Origin: Lama guanicoe
Taxonomy: Eukaryota
DNA: 53,850 bases
NCBI GenBank assembly: GCA_013239625.1
Contig: MU053352.1
Coordinates: 1,001,079 to 1,054,928, forward strand
Direction of reading: 5' to 3'
Below the pieces are notes generated by a model. That model was not told the DNA's origin, made no database searches, and worked only from the letters and a program-made list of their open reading frames with translations. The translations under genes were made by a program, and so were the position numbers. Numbering within the stretch: position 1 is the stretch's first letter; each line of letters starts with the position of its first letter. Of this stretch, positions 11,401-23,854 are shown piece after piece.

Positions 11401-13802
11401 CAACCCACACTGGGAACAGGTTAACGCATCCAATTTTAAAACACTGCAGACTGCTCACTGGCTAACTGGGGCTGCCTGGTGAACCTCCACTGGGCGGATC
11501 TCAGAATTAGGCCTTCCCTGCTGCCTCGGTTTAGGTGGGGAAGACCTGAGATTGTGAGGTAAAGCGTTAGAAAACCAGCCTTGTTTGCAACCATTTATCT
11601 GTGCGCTTTGGGATTTACCTGAAACTGTGTGATCAATACGGGGAAATACCAGCAGGAAGTAGAAGCCTCAGGGACAGCGCCAGGTCAGGGCTCTGGCTGA
11701 CCGGCACTCTCCTCCCTCGGGGCAGGAAGCTGAGCCAGTAGGTGGCCTTGGAGCCACTTCAGACTTTTCCTGTTTATGGCCTCCCAGTTGCTGCAGGGCT
11801 TCGACTGCCTCCAGTGGGCAGGGTGCTGGGCAGGCCGTCCTGGGGCAAAGGAACTTGGGGTGGTGGGTGGGGAGGCTGCTTTTCTTTGTCTTTCTTTTTC
11901 TCAGTGCCTTTCTGTGTCTTACTCCATTTCTGTACATACTTCCCTTTATTTCTCTGGATCTGAGTCTCTCCATCTCTCAGCCTGTCTCTCTGCTTGTCTG
12001 TCCCTCCACAGATCTCTTTTCCTTTCCCCTTTCTTCCAACTGGAGAGGGAGCCCCAGTCCCCCTCACCCCACCCACCAATCCCTGGCTCTGACCTCAAGC
12101 AGGTGAGTCAGCCCTGGGATAAGAGTGATAAGAAGAGGAGCCGTAAAGGGAGGTAGATAAACACAATTCAGCCTCCTGAGCAGGAAGGAGCCAGGCAGAT
12201 GCACCCAGGGTAATAAAGTTGACCCTGGGTGAGCTCCCTCCCCTCAGGGCCTTGGACTGGCTTTGACACTGGGAAGCACCAGCCCACCTGGAACGGGCGC
12301 CACTGCAGCATCCTTGTCAATTTCACAGCCACACAGAGCGTGAAGCTGGTAAAGCAGGTGGGTGGGCACCACACCAAGGAAGAAGGCAGGGGAGCATTCT
12401 TAGCCCATTTTACAGGTGAGGGAATGAGGCTGGGGGCGACTAAATGGCCTAGCAGCTGTGGGCTGCATCCCCAATCCCTGCCCAGGGCTCGTGGGGGTCA
12501 GGCTTGTGGACTAACTCTCGAAAGGTTCACACCCAGTGAGGGTGAGGACTGGGTCCCCGTCTCCCCTGGGGACTCTGGACAGGAACCAAGAGCCAAGGGC
12601 TGGGGGGGTCTAGTTGCACTTGTAGAACACGGGCTGGAGGCTCCTGACGCCCGGGGAAGACCCTGACCTGGAGTTCTGAGAACAGTCAGCAAAGCCCTAG
12701 AAAGCTGGGCGCCCTGGGCAGGTCACCTGGCCCCTTCGACCCTTCACTGCTTCTTCTATCACCTGGACACGACTGAACCTGCCTCTCGGCTTTTCCCAGG
12801 ATTGCAAGAGCCCCAGCTGGTGAATGAAGAGGTAATGCCGCAGGCGGAGTACGAGTAGGGAAGAAGAGAGGTGGGTGACTCAGGGTGCAGATGCCTCCCT
12901 TCCTGCCTCCAGGCTCCAGGGCACAAGTAGCCCTGAGCCTGTGTGCTCAGACTCCCAGGCGAGAGGCCCCAGGAGGCGCTGGGACAGAGCGGGAACAGCC
13001 TGGCCCCTGTGTGCAGCATGTAAAGCAAATGCCTGCCCTTGTCTCCCGCCAGTCTCTTACTTCCCTCTGCCTGGGTGCAAGCCTCCGACTCTTCCTCGCC
13101 ATCTCCTTTTCCTCCTTCAGGTCTCAGTTCCCATGTGGCCCCCTGGCCTGCTACCTCCGGCCTGGGGCTTCCCCTGGCCCTCACCACAGCCCCCATGCGC
13201 AGCGCTGAGTTGCCTCTTGACTAGAACGGAAGCTCTAGGAGGGCAGGGATGGGGCCTGCCTTACTCTTTGCTCTTTCCCCAAAGCCTAACACTGTACCTG
13301 GCACAGAGAAGGCTCAATCAACGTGTGTTGAACGAGTAAGTGAACAGAGGACTGAATTAATGGAAGAGAGCTTGTCTGGTGAGGAGTCAGATAAAGTTCA
13401 TCTCAATACAATGTGCTAAACGCTGAGGTCCAGGGTCCAGCAAAGTCCGAACAGCTTACCTGGGAACCCAGATAAGCTGCACCCGACACACATGTGAGCC
13501 TCAGTTTCCCCAGCCACACAATGAGGGACTTGGACAAGATGGTCCTCCCTCCTAAGGACCCAGGAGGAAAGAGGCACAGGGTGTCTGCCTCCCGCCTGGG
13601 GCTTCCTCTGACACTCACCCCAGCCCCACACACAGCACTGACGTGCCCCTCATGAGAACCAAAGTCTAGGAGGGCAGAGATGAAAACTGTCTTGCTCTCT
13701 GTTCTTTCCCCGAAGACTTACATGGCACAGTTACTCACCGCAGACCTGGGCGAGGGCCCCCAGGCCCCCCAGCAGGAAGAAGAGGGCCCCAAGGCGCCCC
13801 AT
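2415..13802 (-). CDS. TCN2: Transcobalamin II (vitamin B12 transport protein), complete 9-exon CDS, 1299 nt / 432 aa
   Basis: Exons 13802-13739, 10996-10804, 10085-9916, 8922-8761, 7699-7527, 7418-7232, 6345-6174, 3990-3875 and 2476-2415 all have GT-AG boundaries and join in frame. Translation runs [46 protein letters not shown]...[11 protein letters not shown], matching mammalian TCN2. Confidence 0.98.
3078..3482. mobile_element. MER3-like hAT DNA element interrupted by a SINE
   Basis: AGCCATTAGCCAGATGTGGCTACTGAGCACTTGAAA at the left end and GACAGCACTGCTGTAG at the right end. Confidence 0.55.
3166..3331 (+). mobile_element. tRNA-derived SINE (camelid-type)
   Basis: A box TAGCTCAGTGG, B box GGTTCAACCCC, A-rich tail; TSD AAGGCATAAAAAA (3153-3165) / AAGGCATGAAAAA (3332-3344). 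Confidence 0.88.
3875..3990 (-). CDS. TCN2: TCN2 exon 8
   Basis: [38 protein letters not shown]; 116 nt; not in the ORF track, read manually. Confidence 0.96.
4799..4883 (+). repeat. Imperfect (CT)n microsatellite
   Basis: Polypyrimidine CT-rich run. Confidence 0.8.
6174..6345 (-). CDS. TCN2: TCN2 exon 7
   Basis: [57 protein letters not shown]; 172 nt. Confidence 0.95.
6964..6987 (+). repeat. (CCAT)6 microsatellite
   Basis: Six perfect units. Confidence 0.9.
7232..7418 (-). CDS. TCN2: TCN2 exon 6
   Basis: [62 protein letters not shown]; 187 nt. Confidence 0.96.
7527..7699 (-). CDS. TCN2: TCN2 exon 5
   Basis: [58 protein letters not shown]; 173 nt. Confidence 0.96.
8761..8922 (-). CDS. 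TCN2: TCN2 exon 4 (contains the cobalt-coordinating His loop)
   Basis: [53 protein letters not shown]; 162 nt; donor GTGAGT. Confidence 0.95.
9916..10085 (-). CDS. TCN2: TCN2 exon 3
   Basis: [57 protein letters not shown]; 170 nt. Confidence 0.96.
10804..10996 (-). CDS. TCN2: TCN2 exon 2
   Basis: [65 protein letters not shown]; 193 nt. Confidence 0.96.
13739..13802 (-). CDS. TCN2: TCN2 exon 1 (signal peptide)
   Basis: CTGCCATGG Kozak context; [21 protein letters not shown]; donor GTGAGT; 64 nt. Confidence 0.95.
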
Positions 13803-14254
13803 GGCAGGAGCAGGGGTGGCAGCAGGCGGGGAGCAGGACACTACTGACCACGGCCGGGCACTGCTCCGAAAGAGGCGGCTTCCTGTCACTGATTAATCTC
13901 TCCACGCCCGGCGGCACCAGCACGCTAAGTCAGTGGAGAAAGTGGGAGAGAAGTTCTGTAGCTGAGGGGAAAGGAAGGCCAAAGAATGGAGGAAGGAAGG
14001 GCAGGGGAGAGGAAGCCTTCCTGGAGGTGGGGGGTGAGAGGAGGGGAGGGTGAGCAGGGTGGTGAGAGAGGTCTGGAGGCAGCCGCAGTCTGGCCCTGCT
14101 GCCCAAGAGCCCTGAACCAGTGCAGAAGGGCTGCCTTCTGATCTGCTCCCAAATCTGTTCAACTGCATGTGTCCCGTCTCCCCTTAGCTGATCCAGTGGC
14201 AGACAGGTAGGGCTGGGGTGCCTACCTGGTAGCCCTCCCAGAAGGAGCCCCGAA

Positions 14255-14410
14255 AGTGCCCGCCCTGCCTGGGACAGGGAGGAGGACTGGGGGTTGCAGT
14301 GGTCACATGAGCCACTGCTGGGTCAGCTGTTCTCTGCCCGCCCGTCCGCCCGCCCAAAGGCGGGGGTAGCTGGACCCGGACCAGACTGGCCAGTTTTCTC
14401 AGCCAATCAG
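14255..14410 (-). promoter_or_regulatory. TCN2 proximal promoter motifs (E-box, GC boxes, CCAAT)
   Basis: GTCACATGA USF/TFE-type E-box at 14302-14310, repeated CCGCCC at about 14337-14356 and AGCCAATCAG at 14401-14410; no TATA box seen. Confidence 0.55.
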
Positions 14411-15597
14411 AAAGCTGTGAGCCTCCTGGAGACAAAACAAAGCAATTTAAGGAATGAGATTTAATTATTTGAGACACAAAACCATGGTTAGCAGGGCCAC
14501 TTGTTGGGACTAGGGAAGGAAACTGAAAAAAAATCTCTGCAAGGAGGGAGAACAAAGGATTCCTCATCTAGCTCCACAGAGAACTCTATGTCCAAGAGTT
14601 AGCTCTGGCAGTGCTGTGTGACCTTGGCCAGGTGACTTAACCTCTCTGAGTTTGAAATAGTTTCTCCGTTGCAAGATGAAGGGGTTGGACAAGGTCATTC
14701 CAAGTCAACTCATGAAGATGCTATGAACTTAAAACATCTCTAACCATTCCTAAATAAAATTTATACTGCAATCATTTTATGGCAAATTGCTAAGGTTCAT
14801 TCTTTCAAGATAATTTGGTTTTGTGTCTGACTTATCACAAGCCAATAAATAAATACAGAGATGTATGTCTGTTCACAGAAGTACTTCGTAAACTTAAAAT
14901 TAGATTGTCCAGTGCAAGAAAGCTGGGTGTGGTCCATCAGGGTGAAGTTCCTGCGAAGGAGGGAGGCCAGCAGGAGGCCCCACTTCTGCAGATCCTCAGG
15001 TTTGGATTTCCAGGGGGCTTTGGAAATTTGTATGCAAAGGGGCTGCTCCGGCTCTGCAACCCTCTGCCTGTGGTAGTTGGCAATGATTCTGTTTCCTGCC
15101 GCCTCCAGGAAGACAGACTGGAGGAGACAGCTGCAGAGGAGATGCTCCCTTACCCAGCCTCTGGTGGGAAGCGGCTTCCTTGCGAAAGTCACCTCTGATC
15201 CCCGAGGTCTTGGAGGTACCACGGTGACCAGTGGGGAGGAGGTGCATTTTCTACAGCTATTAGAAATAGAGTGATTGATTGGGGGCGGAGCTGGAACTTT
15301 TTAGGTAATGCAGTTAGGGAAAGTGAGAAAGAAAGATGAATAAATCATTTTATTCAGGATTTCTATTTGGGGTCTATAGCTGAGAAAGCAAAGATTAGCT
15401 TGGAATAAGCAAGTAAAAATTTGCCTGTCCATGCATCAGGACAGGCACAAAGAAAGCCAGCTTCACAAAGGAAATAAACAGGAAACATTATTTCTCCTGA
15501 GGTCATGTTACAGCCGTAAAGTGTCCCAACAGCCGTGTTGTTTGAGTGACTGATGCTTTTTTACTGAGATTTCTCTCCCCCTCTAAAATCACAGACT

Positions 15598-15995
15598 ATC
15601 AGGAATTTACTGTTTGAAATCATATTAGTAACAAAGAAACATTCCCGGAGGAGCCAAGCCACTTTGACACAGGGAAGCAGCCCTGGTAAGGAATTTCTGG
15701 ACTCAACATTCTATGCCTGTCTCAACTTTGTAGTTTCCAAGGAAACAGGATACTTTCCTGTCCAGACCTGATGCTGACCCTTCACACAGCTTTGCATTGT
15801 GATGAGCCTATCCAAATGCTGCTTGGTTTACATTTCACCTAACCCTACCCTTCACCCAAATCCTGTAAAAAAACCTTGCCCTTTGTGTGGTCAGACTCCC
15901 ACAGTTCCTTTCCCTCATTGCAGTGGGTCAACTAAGCTGACTTTGTCAGACCAAACGTTTGTCCCTGGTGGTCTTAGGATGACTGGGCTAAGACA
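15598..15995 (+). mobile_element. LTR-like element (family not determined)
   Basis: About 400-bp segment with LTR-like organisation ending GACTGGGCTAAGACA; boundaries approximate. Confidence 0.4.
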
Positions 15996-16044
15996 CGGCC
16001 TAAAAAAGAATCCAACAGGAAAAAAATTAAACTGTAGGCATGAA

Positions 16045-16195
16045 CAAGGATATATTGTACAGCACAGGGAATACAGCCAAAATTGTATAAGAACTATAAA
16101 TGGAACTTATCTCTCAAATTTGTAAATCACTATGTTGTACACCTGAAACTTACATAATGTTATACATTAACCGTACGTCAATTTAAAAAAAAAGG
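16045..16195 (+). mobile_element. L1 3' end fragment
   Basis: TGTACAGCACAGGGAATACAGCCAA...TGTTGTACACCTGAAACT...TCAATTTAAAAAAAAA, typical of an L1 3'UTR with tail. Confidence 0.75.
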
Positions 16196-16489
16196 TGAAG
16201 TGAAAAAAACTGTATGCGTGAAGGAGGCATGAGAAGAATGAATATAACAAATCTATGATTGTATGGTTATAAATGGAATACCCATTTTCTTAAATTAAAA
16301 ATGTAAATATATTAAAATATTATTTTAGAGCCCATTTAACATAGAAATAAATTCATAATTAATCTTAAACTTTAAAAATTACATAAGTAACACATGTGGA
16401 CTGCACAAAAAATTAGCAAATGTGTGGAAGGAGGAGGAAGAGGAGGAGGGAAAGAAAAGAAAAATCACTGATGGTCCTGCAACCCAGAG

Positions 16490-16810
16490 GGTTGTTTTCA
16501 AAGTGCGGCCTGTGGATCCTTGGGGGTCTCCAACACATTTCTAGGGAGTCTGTGAGTTCAGAATTACTTTAAAGAATACTACAACATTCTCTGCCTTGTT
16601 CACTGTTTGGGCATTTGCACTGATGGTGTAAACCAGTGGCATCTAAAATTGCTGGTGCCTTAGCAGGAATCAGGGCACTGACACCAAACTACACTAGTAG
16701 TCACTGTATTCTTTGCCCCCATGACCTCCGGGGGTAGCGGGGGGAGTTGGTTTTACTTAAGAATGTCCTTAATAAGGCAAAAAAAATTAATGTATTAAAT
16801 CTCAACCAAA
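16490..16810. mobile_element. hAT-Charlie DNA transposon fragment
   Basis: TTTTCAAAGTGCGGCCTGTGGATCCTTGGGGGTCTCC terminus-like sequence and TTTGCACTGATGGTG internal motif. Confidence 0.55.
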
Positions 16811-17178
16811 ACACCCAAAATAGGGTCATCCTATAGACCTGGACTCCAGGCTTACCCCTATGGCCTTTGGCAAGAGTCCTACCCTTTCTAAGCCTGCTCC
16901 TTGTAAAATGGGAGTGGGGCACTGTGCTCACAGGTGTCTCACGAGGATCAAACAAGAATCCTCGTAAAATGCTTAGCACGGTGCCTGGCACATGGTCCAG
17001 GCACACTCGATTTCAGCTCTTATTAATATTCATCTGTCAACATCCAGGAAAGAAAATGTTACAGGGAAGAGTCAGTGTCCACTCAGCAAGTTTCCAAATT
17101 CTAAGGGTCTGGGTTCCAGCTAAGTAAGAGAAAACAGTCTTGCACATGAGACTGTGGGACCATCTTAGGCCACATAAC

Positions 17179-17673
17179 TGAAGGGGGTCAGATTGAACCT
17201 CCCCAAAACACGCCACCTTGGCATGTAGATTCTTTAGCACTAAAGGCAGTTGAGACCCTGCAGGCTCGAGAGAAATGTCTGTCTCTCCCTTAACTGCCTA
17301 GAAGAATTTAAATTGTAGGTATTTCCCAGAATGAGAGTTATTACCAGATACAAATTTTATCTGAGTGATCCATCTGGATAGCAGGGCGAACATCTCATTA
17401 CCAAGCATCTGCTCTACTTCTTGTCCTGTGAATTGTCCTGTTCTGTGAATGGTCCTCCTGCCTGTTGAAGCCCTGAGGCCCAGTCCCATTCCTTAGCTCA
17501 GGGTGGCACATATATCTCATTCTACCCTCTGTCTTTGACTCTCTCATGTACGTAAGGTTCCTGTACTTACAAAATTAAATCTGATTTTCTGTTACTGTGT
17601 CTCATGTGAATTTGATCATCGGACCAGTGGAAAGAAACTTTAAAGGGGAGAGGGAAATTCTTTCTCCTCAACA
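17179..17673 (+). mobile_element. Solo ERV1-class LTR (MER34-like)
   Basis: Starts TGAAGGGGGTCAGA...CCCCAAAA, ends TTCTTTCTCCTCAACA; ATTAAA near 17574. Confidence 0.7.
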
Positions 17674-17855
17674 TGATGCTCGGAAGCGTCCGATGATGCT
17701 GTGGCAGGATTTGAGTAGTCCTGTCTGATAGCCTTCCCCTTGTCCTCCAAGGGTAGCTGTCTTAACAGGACCCCAGGAGGGGACACACTGGAATCCTGCT
17801 AGCAGGTCCCAGGAGAGCTGTTCAGACAGATCCTTGGAACTGTCTGGAATTTGCA

Positions 17856-19950
17856 GATAAGAGAATGAGAAGCAAGCTACAAAGTGGGAGAAAATATTTG
17901 CAAATGATATATCTAATAAAAGACTATTATTATCCAAAGAATTCTTAAAACTCAACAATAAGAAAACAAACAACCCAATTTAAAAACAGACCCAAGACCT
18001 GAACAGACATCTCACCAAAGATGATCTACAGATGGCAAAAAAGCCTATGAAAAGATGATCCATTTCATATGTCACCATATAGTTGCAAATTACAACTGAT
18101 ATCACTATATAAGTATTAGAATAGCTCAAACCCAAAACACTGACAGCATCAAATGCTGGCGAGGATGTGGAGCAACAGGAACTGTCACTCATTGCTAGTG
18201 GGAATGTAATTGTCAATTTCATGGTACAGACACTTTGGAAGATACTGGTCAATTTCTAACCAAGCAAAACATAGCTTCACTGTCAGATTCCACAATCGTG
18301 CTCCTAGCCTTTTACCCAACAGACTTGAATACTTCTGTCCACACAAAAATCTGCATGTGAAAGTTTACGACAACTTTATTCATAATTACCAAATACTGGA
18401 GGCAACCAATGTGTTCCTCCATAGGTGAATGGATAAACACACTCTGGTACATATACACAATAAAATGTTATATAACTAAAAATAGCAATGAAAAGAAATG
18501 AGCTATCAAGCCACAAAAAGACAAAGATGAAACTTAAATGCATACTGCTAAGTGAAGAAAGAGGTGAGACTGAAAAACCTCCAATTATTCCAATTACGTA
18601 ACATTGTGGAAAGGGCAAAACTAGAGAGATAGTAAGATCAGTGGTTGCCAGAGGTTGCAGGGGAAGGAGTAGGGGAGAGTGGGTGGGACAGGTGAAGCAA
18701 GCACTGGGGATTTTTCAGCACGGTAAACTGTACAATAGTACAATGGTGGATACCTAATACTATGTATTTGTCAAAACCTACAGAACTTTACAACACAGAG
18801 TGAACGTAATGCATGCAAATTTAAAAACAAGTCATTTAGGATATCAGAGGATCCCAGGATAGAATGCAGATGGTGACAATCTAACTGTATTACAACTGTA
18901 TGAAACAACCTCACCAATGGGATAGGGGAAAGGGTGCTGACCTAAGAAACTGTGAAAATGAGTGGGGTCTGTAAGAATAAAGGTAAAAGGATCTGCACAT
19001 AAGCACTATATCATGAGGGCATGAGTTAATAATTCTGATGTCAGTAGACATGTGTACTGGAATTGAACAATTAAGTAAATGGATGGCAGATTACGGAAGG
19101 CAGGTTTCTCACTGTTAAGAGTGGGGGTTTACAGATCAGAATGGGGGAGGCTAGAATGATCCAAATGGTGACAGATTAGAGGTGGAGACATCAGTATGAA
19201 TTCATATCTAGCTTAATATAGTCAAAGATGGTTACACCTAGAAATATTTATAGGTATGTATGTATACAGCATAATCATATATATACAAACATACTTTTTG
19301 CTCTGTCAGCAGAGAGGGCCTAGAAGCAAAAATAGCAGCAGTAAGATTACCAGGCGCCCAGCTTTTGGTTTATAATAACCATTCTCCAATAAGAGGACAG
19401 GTTTCCCTAGAGAAGAGGCTGATACTAGGACTGGGACAAGAAATATGCAACGTGATACTAGTACATGCACACACGCTCAAAGTACCCTCTAGTGGCCAAA
19501 ACTGGAACAACTAGTGCAACAAAATAAAATGGTGTTAGATTGAAACCCAAAGTAAAAAATAAATATCCATGCGTCCATACTGATATAAATGATTAAATAA
19601 ATGAATGATGACATAGACTGAATGTTGTGTCCCCCTCAAATTCCTATGTTGAAACCTAATCCCTCATGCCATGGATTCTGGCATTGAGGCCTTTTGGGGG
19701 TCATTAGCAGCCCTCATGAATGGGATTAATCCCCTTACAAAATGTCACATGGTATTCTGGAACAGAAAAAAAAATGATAATAGGTTAAAAACTAAGGAAC
19801 TCTAAATAAAGTGTGTTAATAATAAAGTATCAGTATCGATTCTTTGAGGTATATGGAAATTCTCTGTTCTATCTATTGAATTTTTATGTAAAACTAAAAC
19901 TGTTCCAAAAAAATGAAGTCTACTTTTCTTTTTTAAAGAGGAGTTTCCTT
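17856..19950 (+). mobile_element. Old L1 (L1MC-like) ORF2 3' end and 3'UTR, decayed
   Basis: TGGGAGAAAATATTTGCAAATGATATATC...CTGAACAGACATCTCACCAAAG...GAGGATGTGGAGCAACAGGAACT are standard L1 ORF2 3' motifs; many stops. Confidence 0.85.
19610..19745 (+). mobile_element. MaLR (MLT1/MST-like) LTR fragment nested in L1
   Basis: GACTGAATGTTGTGTCCCCCTCAAATTCCTATGTTGAAACCTAATCCC...CCCTCATGAATGGGATTA. Confidence 0.75.
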
Positions 19951-20329
19951 AAAATGATAACCTCATCATTTTTCTGGGCTTTGAAGATACTTTGCTGATA
20001 TTCTTAAATAAATAATCCCATGCTCTGGGGAGTCTACTGATTTTAAGCAACTTATGGAAGGCAGGGGTCTTCTGTGAGACTACATTAAAAGTGATGATAT
20101 TTTAACCAGCTACTCAAGAACTCACATCTTGATTTTAACTGTTCTTAGTAGAAACTAAAATCTCAGTATCATCTTTTTGATAGTTTACCAAATATCATAG
20201 ATATTGATTTTAATTTTGTCTCAATCAGCCTATCCACACTAATTTTATGCTTCTTTTTGCAAGTTTAATTTTAAAAATGTGATTTCAAAAAGTATGAGCA
20301 TTTAAGAGTCACAGAAAATAGAGTACAAC

Positions 20330-21720
20330 GGTCCAACATGAATCTAGTGGAAACTACAGAAGGAAAAAAAATGGTCAGAAAGAAGAGGCAATATTTGCAA
20401 ACACAACAGTTGAGGATTTTCCAGAATTGAGGAAAGATATCAGTCATCAGAATGAGGAATCCCAGTGAATCTCAAGCTGGATCAGATGACATAAAATGAC
20501 ATGTTATCTACGAAGAGACAATAATATTACTGATGGATAACTTTTCAATAATAACAATGAAAGCCAGATCAGACTAGAACGAGATCTTCATTGTGTTGAG
20601 AGAAATCACCAGCCAATTGGAATTCTATACCCAGTGAAATTATCACTCAAAAACAAAACTTAAGAGTAAAATAAAGGTATTTTAAGATAACCAAAAACTG
20701 AGAGTTTACTTGCAGTAGAGTCTTACTAATATACCTCTAGAAAAGGAAAAATGATTCCAGGAGAGAAAGATGTAAAAAAGAATGAGAGCAAAGAAAATGT
20801 CAAGCCTGAGGATAAATGTAAACAAATGTTGACCACAGAAAACAACACCCAGGGGGTGAGAAGGGACAGACTGGGAGTTCAAGATTGGTAGATATTGACA
20901 GGTATATATAGAATAGATAAACAAGTTTATACTGTATAGCACAGGGAAATATATTCAAGATCTTGTAGTAGATCACAGTGAAAAAGGATATGAAAATGAA
21001 TATAAGTATATTCACGTTTGACTGAAAAATTGTGCCGTACACCAGAAATGGACACAACATTGTAAAATGACTAAAACTCAATTAAAAAAATAAGTAAAAT
21101 GGAAAAACAAGAAAACAACGCCCACAATGTGTACTATACAGAATTTAAAAACCAAGATAAAGTTCAACAGTTGTACACAGGTCTAGAGGGATCAGGTTGG
21201 AGTTAAAGTATACTAAGATCCTTCTACTATTTCTGAAGAGGACAAAGATAATGATTAACTTTAGGATCTGCTAAGTCTTATGATTTAGTTAAAAATTTTG
21301 GATAATTATTAAAAGAACAGGAACAAAGCATGTAACTTCATAGAGGGGGAAATGGAATTTAGTGTGGGGAGAAATTAATCTAAAAACAAAAAGGAGGGAG
21401 AGGAAAAAGAAACCTAGAAAAAGTGAATAGATAGAACAAAAATTAGAAGAAATAAACCCAAATATATCAGCTATCACAATCCATGTAAATGGATTAAACT
21501 GTCCAGTTCAAGAGCAAAGATTATCAGATTGGTTAAAAAAAATCCAGCTATATTCTGTTTTCAAGAGAAACTCCTATAACATAAAAATACAAGATTGAAA
21601 GGAAAAGGTCAGAGAAAGAGATACCAGATAAATACCAACCAAAAAAAGTTGGTTTAGCTATATTAATATCTGATCAAATAGTCTTGGGCAAAAAGCATTA
21701 AGAGATAAAGACGGTATTAT
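20330..21720 (+). mobile_element. Ancient L1 ORF1 end / ORF2 start remnants
   Basis: A-rich; GAATTCTATACCCAGTGAAATTATCA (ORF1) and AAATGGATTAAACTGTCCAGTT...CCAGCTATATTCTGTTTTCAAGAGA (endonuclease N-terminus). Confidence 0.7.
20852..21109 (+). mobile_element. Younger 5'-truncated L1 with TSD
   Basis: L1 3'UTR (ACTGTATAGCACAGGGAAATATATTCAA) with A-rich tail; TSD AGAAAACAACACCCA (20837-20851) / AGAAAACAACGCCCA (21110-21124). Confidence 0.85.
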
Positions 21721-21724
21721 CAGA

Positions 21725-22190
21725 TTGTCTTTTGCAAGGATGGCTGCATCTTTGTCCACCCCCCACCCCCGGCCCACGGTGATCTTCTATAATTTTGTCA
21801 TTCATCCGCAAAGTCTAAACCCCCTCCCTTTGAATCTGGGCAGATTTGTAAACTGCTTGTAAGTAGCAGAATGTAGGATAAGTGATAAGGTCAGAAAAGA
21901 AAATGCACTGTCACCTTGCTCATGGCAAGCCTTGAAAGCTATTGTGTAAGCAGTCCAACTGCCCTTAGGCTGCTACCCTGGGTGGACGCCTCAACTGGCC
22001 TACAAAAGTAACCCACAGGACTACCTGAAGAGAGAGAGCCCCCAGCTTCTCCAGCCCTCAGACTAGTCCAGCTTTTATGACTGCAACTGCACAGAAGACT
22101 CAGACTGAACCATGAGATAACAAAATGATTCTTGTTTTAAGTCACTACATTTGGGGATGATTTGTTACACAAGAAGAGTGACTAGAACAG
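21725..22190 (+). mobile_element. MLT1-type MaLR LTR
   Basis: CCCTTTGAATCTGGGC inside and 3' end TTGTTTTAAGTCACTACATTTGGGGATGATTTGTTACACA. Confidence 0.75.
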
Positions 22191-22319
22191 AGACTTACTA
22201 CATATTATATTAATAAAAGAGTCAATTCACTAAGAAGGTTTTTTAAAAATCATTCTAGACCTAAAAATATAACTGAAAAATATAAAGTGAATTGTGATAA
22301 AACTGCAAGGAGAAACAGA

Positions 22320-22910
22320 GTTCTGGCCTTTGCCCTTGGCTTCTGGGAGATAATCTCTAAGCCCATGGAATGTCATGCCTGATAGGAGTGCCTTTGTTTG
22401 CCTAGGAGTCTGAAACCAGACAGACAGTAACAGTGTGATTTAGGGTGGGGACTTTGGTTCATGTGATACCAGCTTTGCACTTCCTGAGGGCTGGAAATTG
22501 ACATCAGCTACACGGGCAGTCAACCCTGTTTATGTGATGGAGCCCCAATAAAGACTCTGGACACCAAGACTTAGGTGAGTTTCCTGGTTGGCAATACTCC
22601 GTGCTTAGAGTCACACATTGATACCAGGAAAGTAACACTGTCCTGAGTCTCTGGAGAGAGGATGACTAAGCTCTACGTTTGGTACTTTGCTATACTCTGT
22701 CCCACCTGTCTCTTCCCTTGGCTGATTTTAATGTGTATCCTTTCCCTGTAATAAACAGTTAACTGTGAGTATAACAGCTTTCTGAAGTTCTGAAAGTCCT
22801 TCTAGTGACTTATCAAAACTGAGGGTGATCTCAGGGATCCTTGAACTTGCGACTGTTATCAGAAGTGAGGGTAGCCTTGTGGTCTGTTCCCTAACTCCAC
22901 AGTTGTTACA
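22320..22910 (+). mobile_element. MER21-like LTR
   Basis: TCTCTAAGCCCATGGAATGTCATGCCTGATAGGAGTG...CCCCAATAAAGACTCTGGACACC...TTCCTGGTTGGCAATACT. Confidence 0.7.
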
Positions 22911-23404
22911 CTTTTGCATGACCTGATTTCCATCAAGAATAGAATGGATAAAGTATGGTACATTCTGCATGGCAGTTAGCATGAGTAAACATCCACACAG
23001 CAATAGGGATGAATTTCACAAGCATAATGTTGAATGAAAAAAGCCAGACAAAAATGAAAACAGCCTGCAGGGAACTAAGATCTCCGTGAACGTCTCAGTG
23101 CTCCTGCGAAAAGCCCTAGCCTCCTCTAACTTTCTTTAAGGGGAGTAAATTGGCACTCATATAGAAAGTTTCCATCGACTCTCATTTCACTGCCTTTGGG
23201 TCTAGGTGTGAGGAATTAATGTTACTCTGGCTGTTAATCTGAGTATCAACACAGAGTTCTTTTCCCTGACCCAGAAGTCTCGTGTTTCTGCAATTTTCAT
23301 ATATAAAAATTACTTATTTGTGTGAGGTGGGTAACAACTCTGGCCCTTCACTGTTCTTTAGCTAGCAGACAAAACATGCTATGAGATTAAATTGATATTT
23401 TAAA

Positions 23405-23854
23405 TGTCGACTGAAAAAATTGCACAATCTAAAAGTTGAAAATTACGTTTTATTTGGCAGACTTGCTGAGGACTTAAGCCCAGGAGACAGCCTCTCAGAT
23501 GGCTATGAGGGACTGTCCCAAAGAGGTAAGGGAGAAGCCAGGATATACAGGAGTTTTTGAAGAAAAAAAACAAACCCAGGTAGTCATAATGTCCAAAAAT
23601 TACTGTTAATTAAATAAAATACAGACATCGCAAGTTAATGAATTTAGTGCTTTTCTATGTGTGGGAAGATGCAAGAGTCTGGGCTCACTGAAATCATTCC
23701 TTTGATAAACATCTTAACTATCTAGGACCAGGATCCTGATTTTCTCTATTCCAAATCCCCTCAGGGTGCAGTCTGGGCAGCTGCAGTAGCTGACAATTTG
23801 ATGGTTACAACATCCTTTGTTTACTGATACAGCAGGCAACAATTTTCATTCACA
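23405..23854 (-). mobile_element. Solo ERV1-class LTR
   Basis: TG...CA ends, AATAAA on the minus strand, minus-strand end TTCAGTCGACA, near-TSD TAAA/CAAA. Confidence 0.75.
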
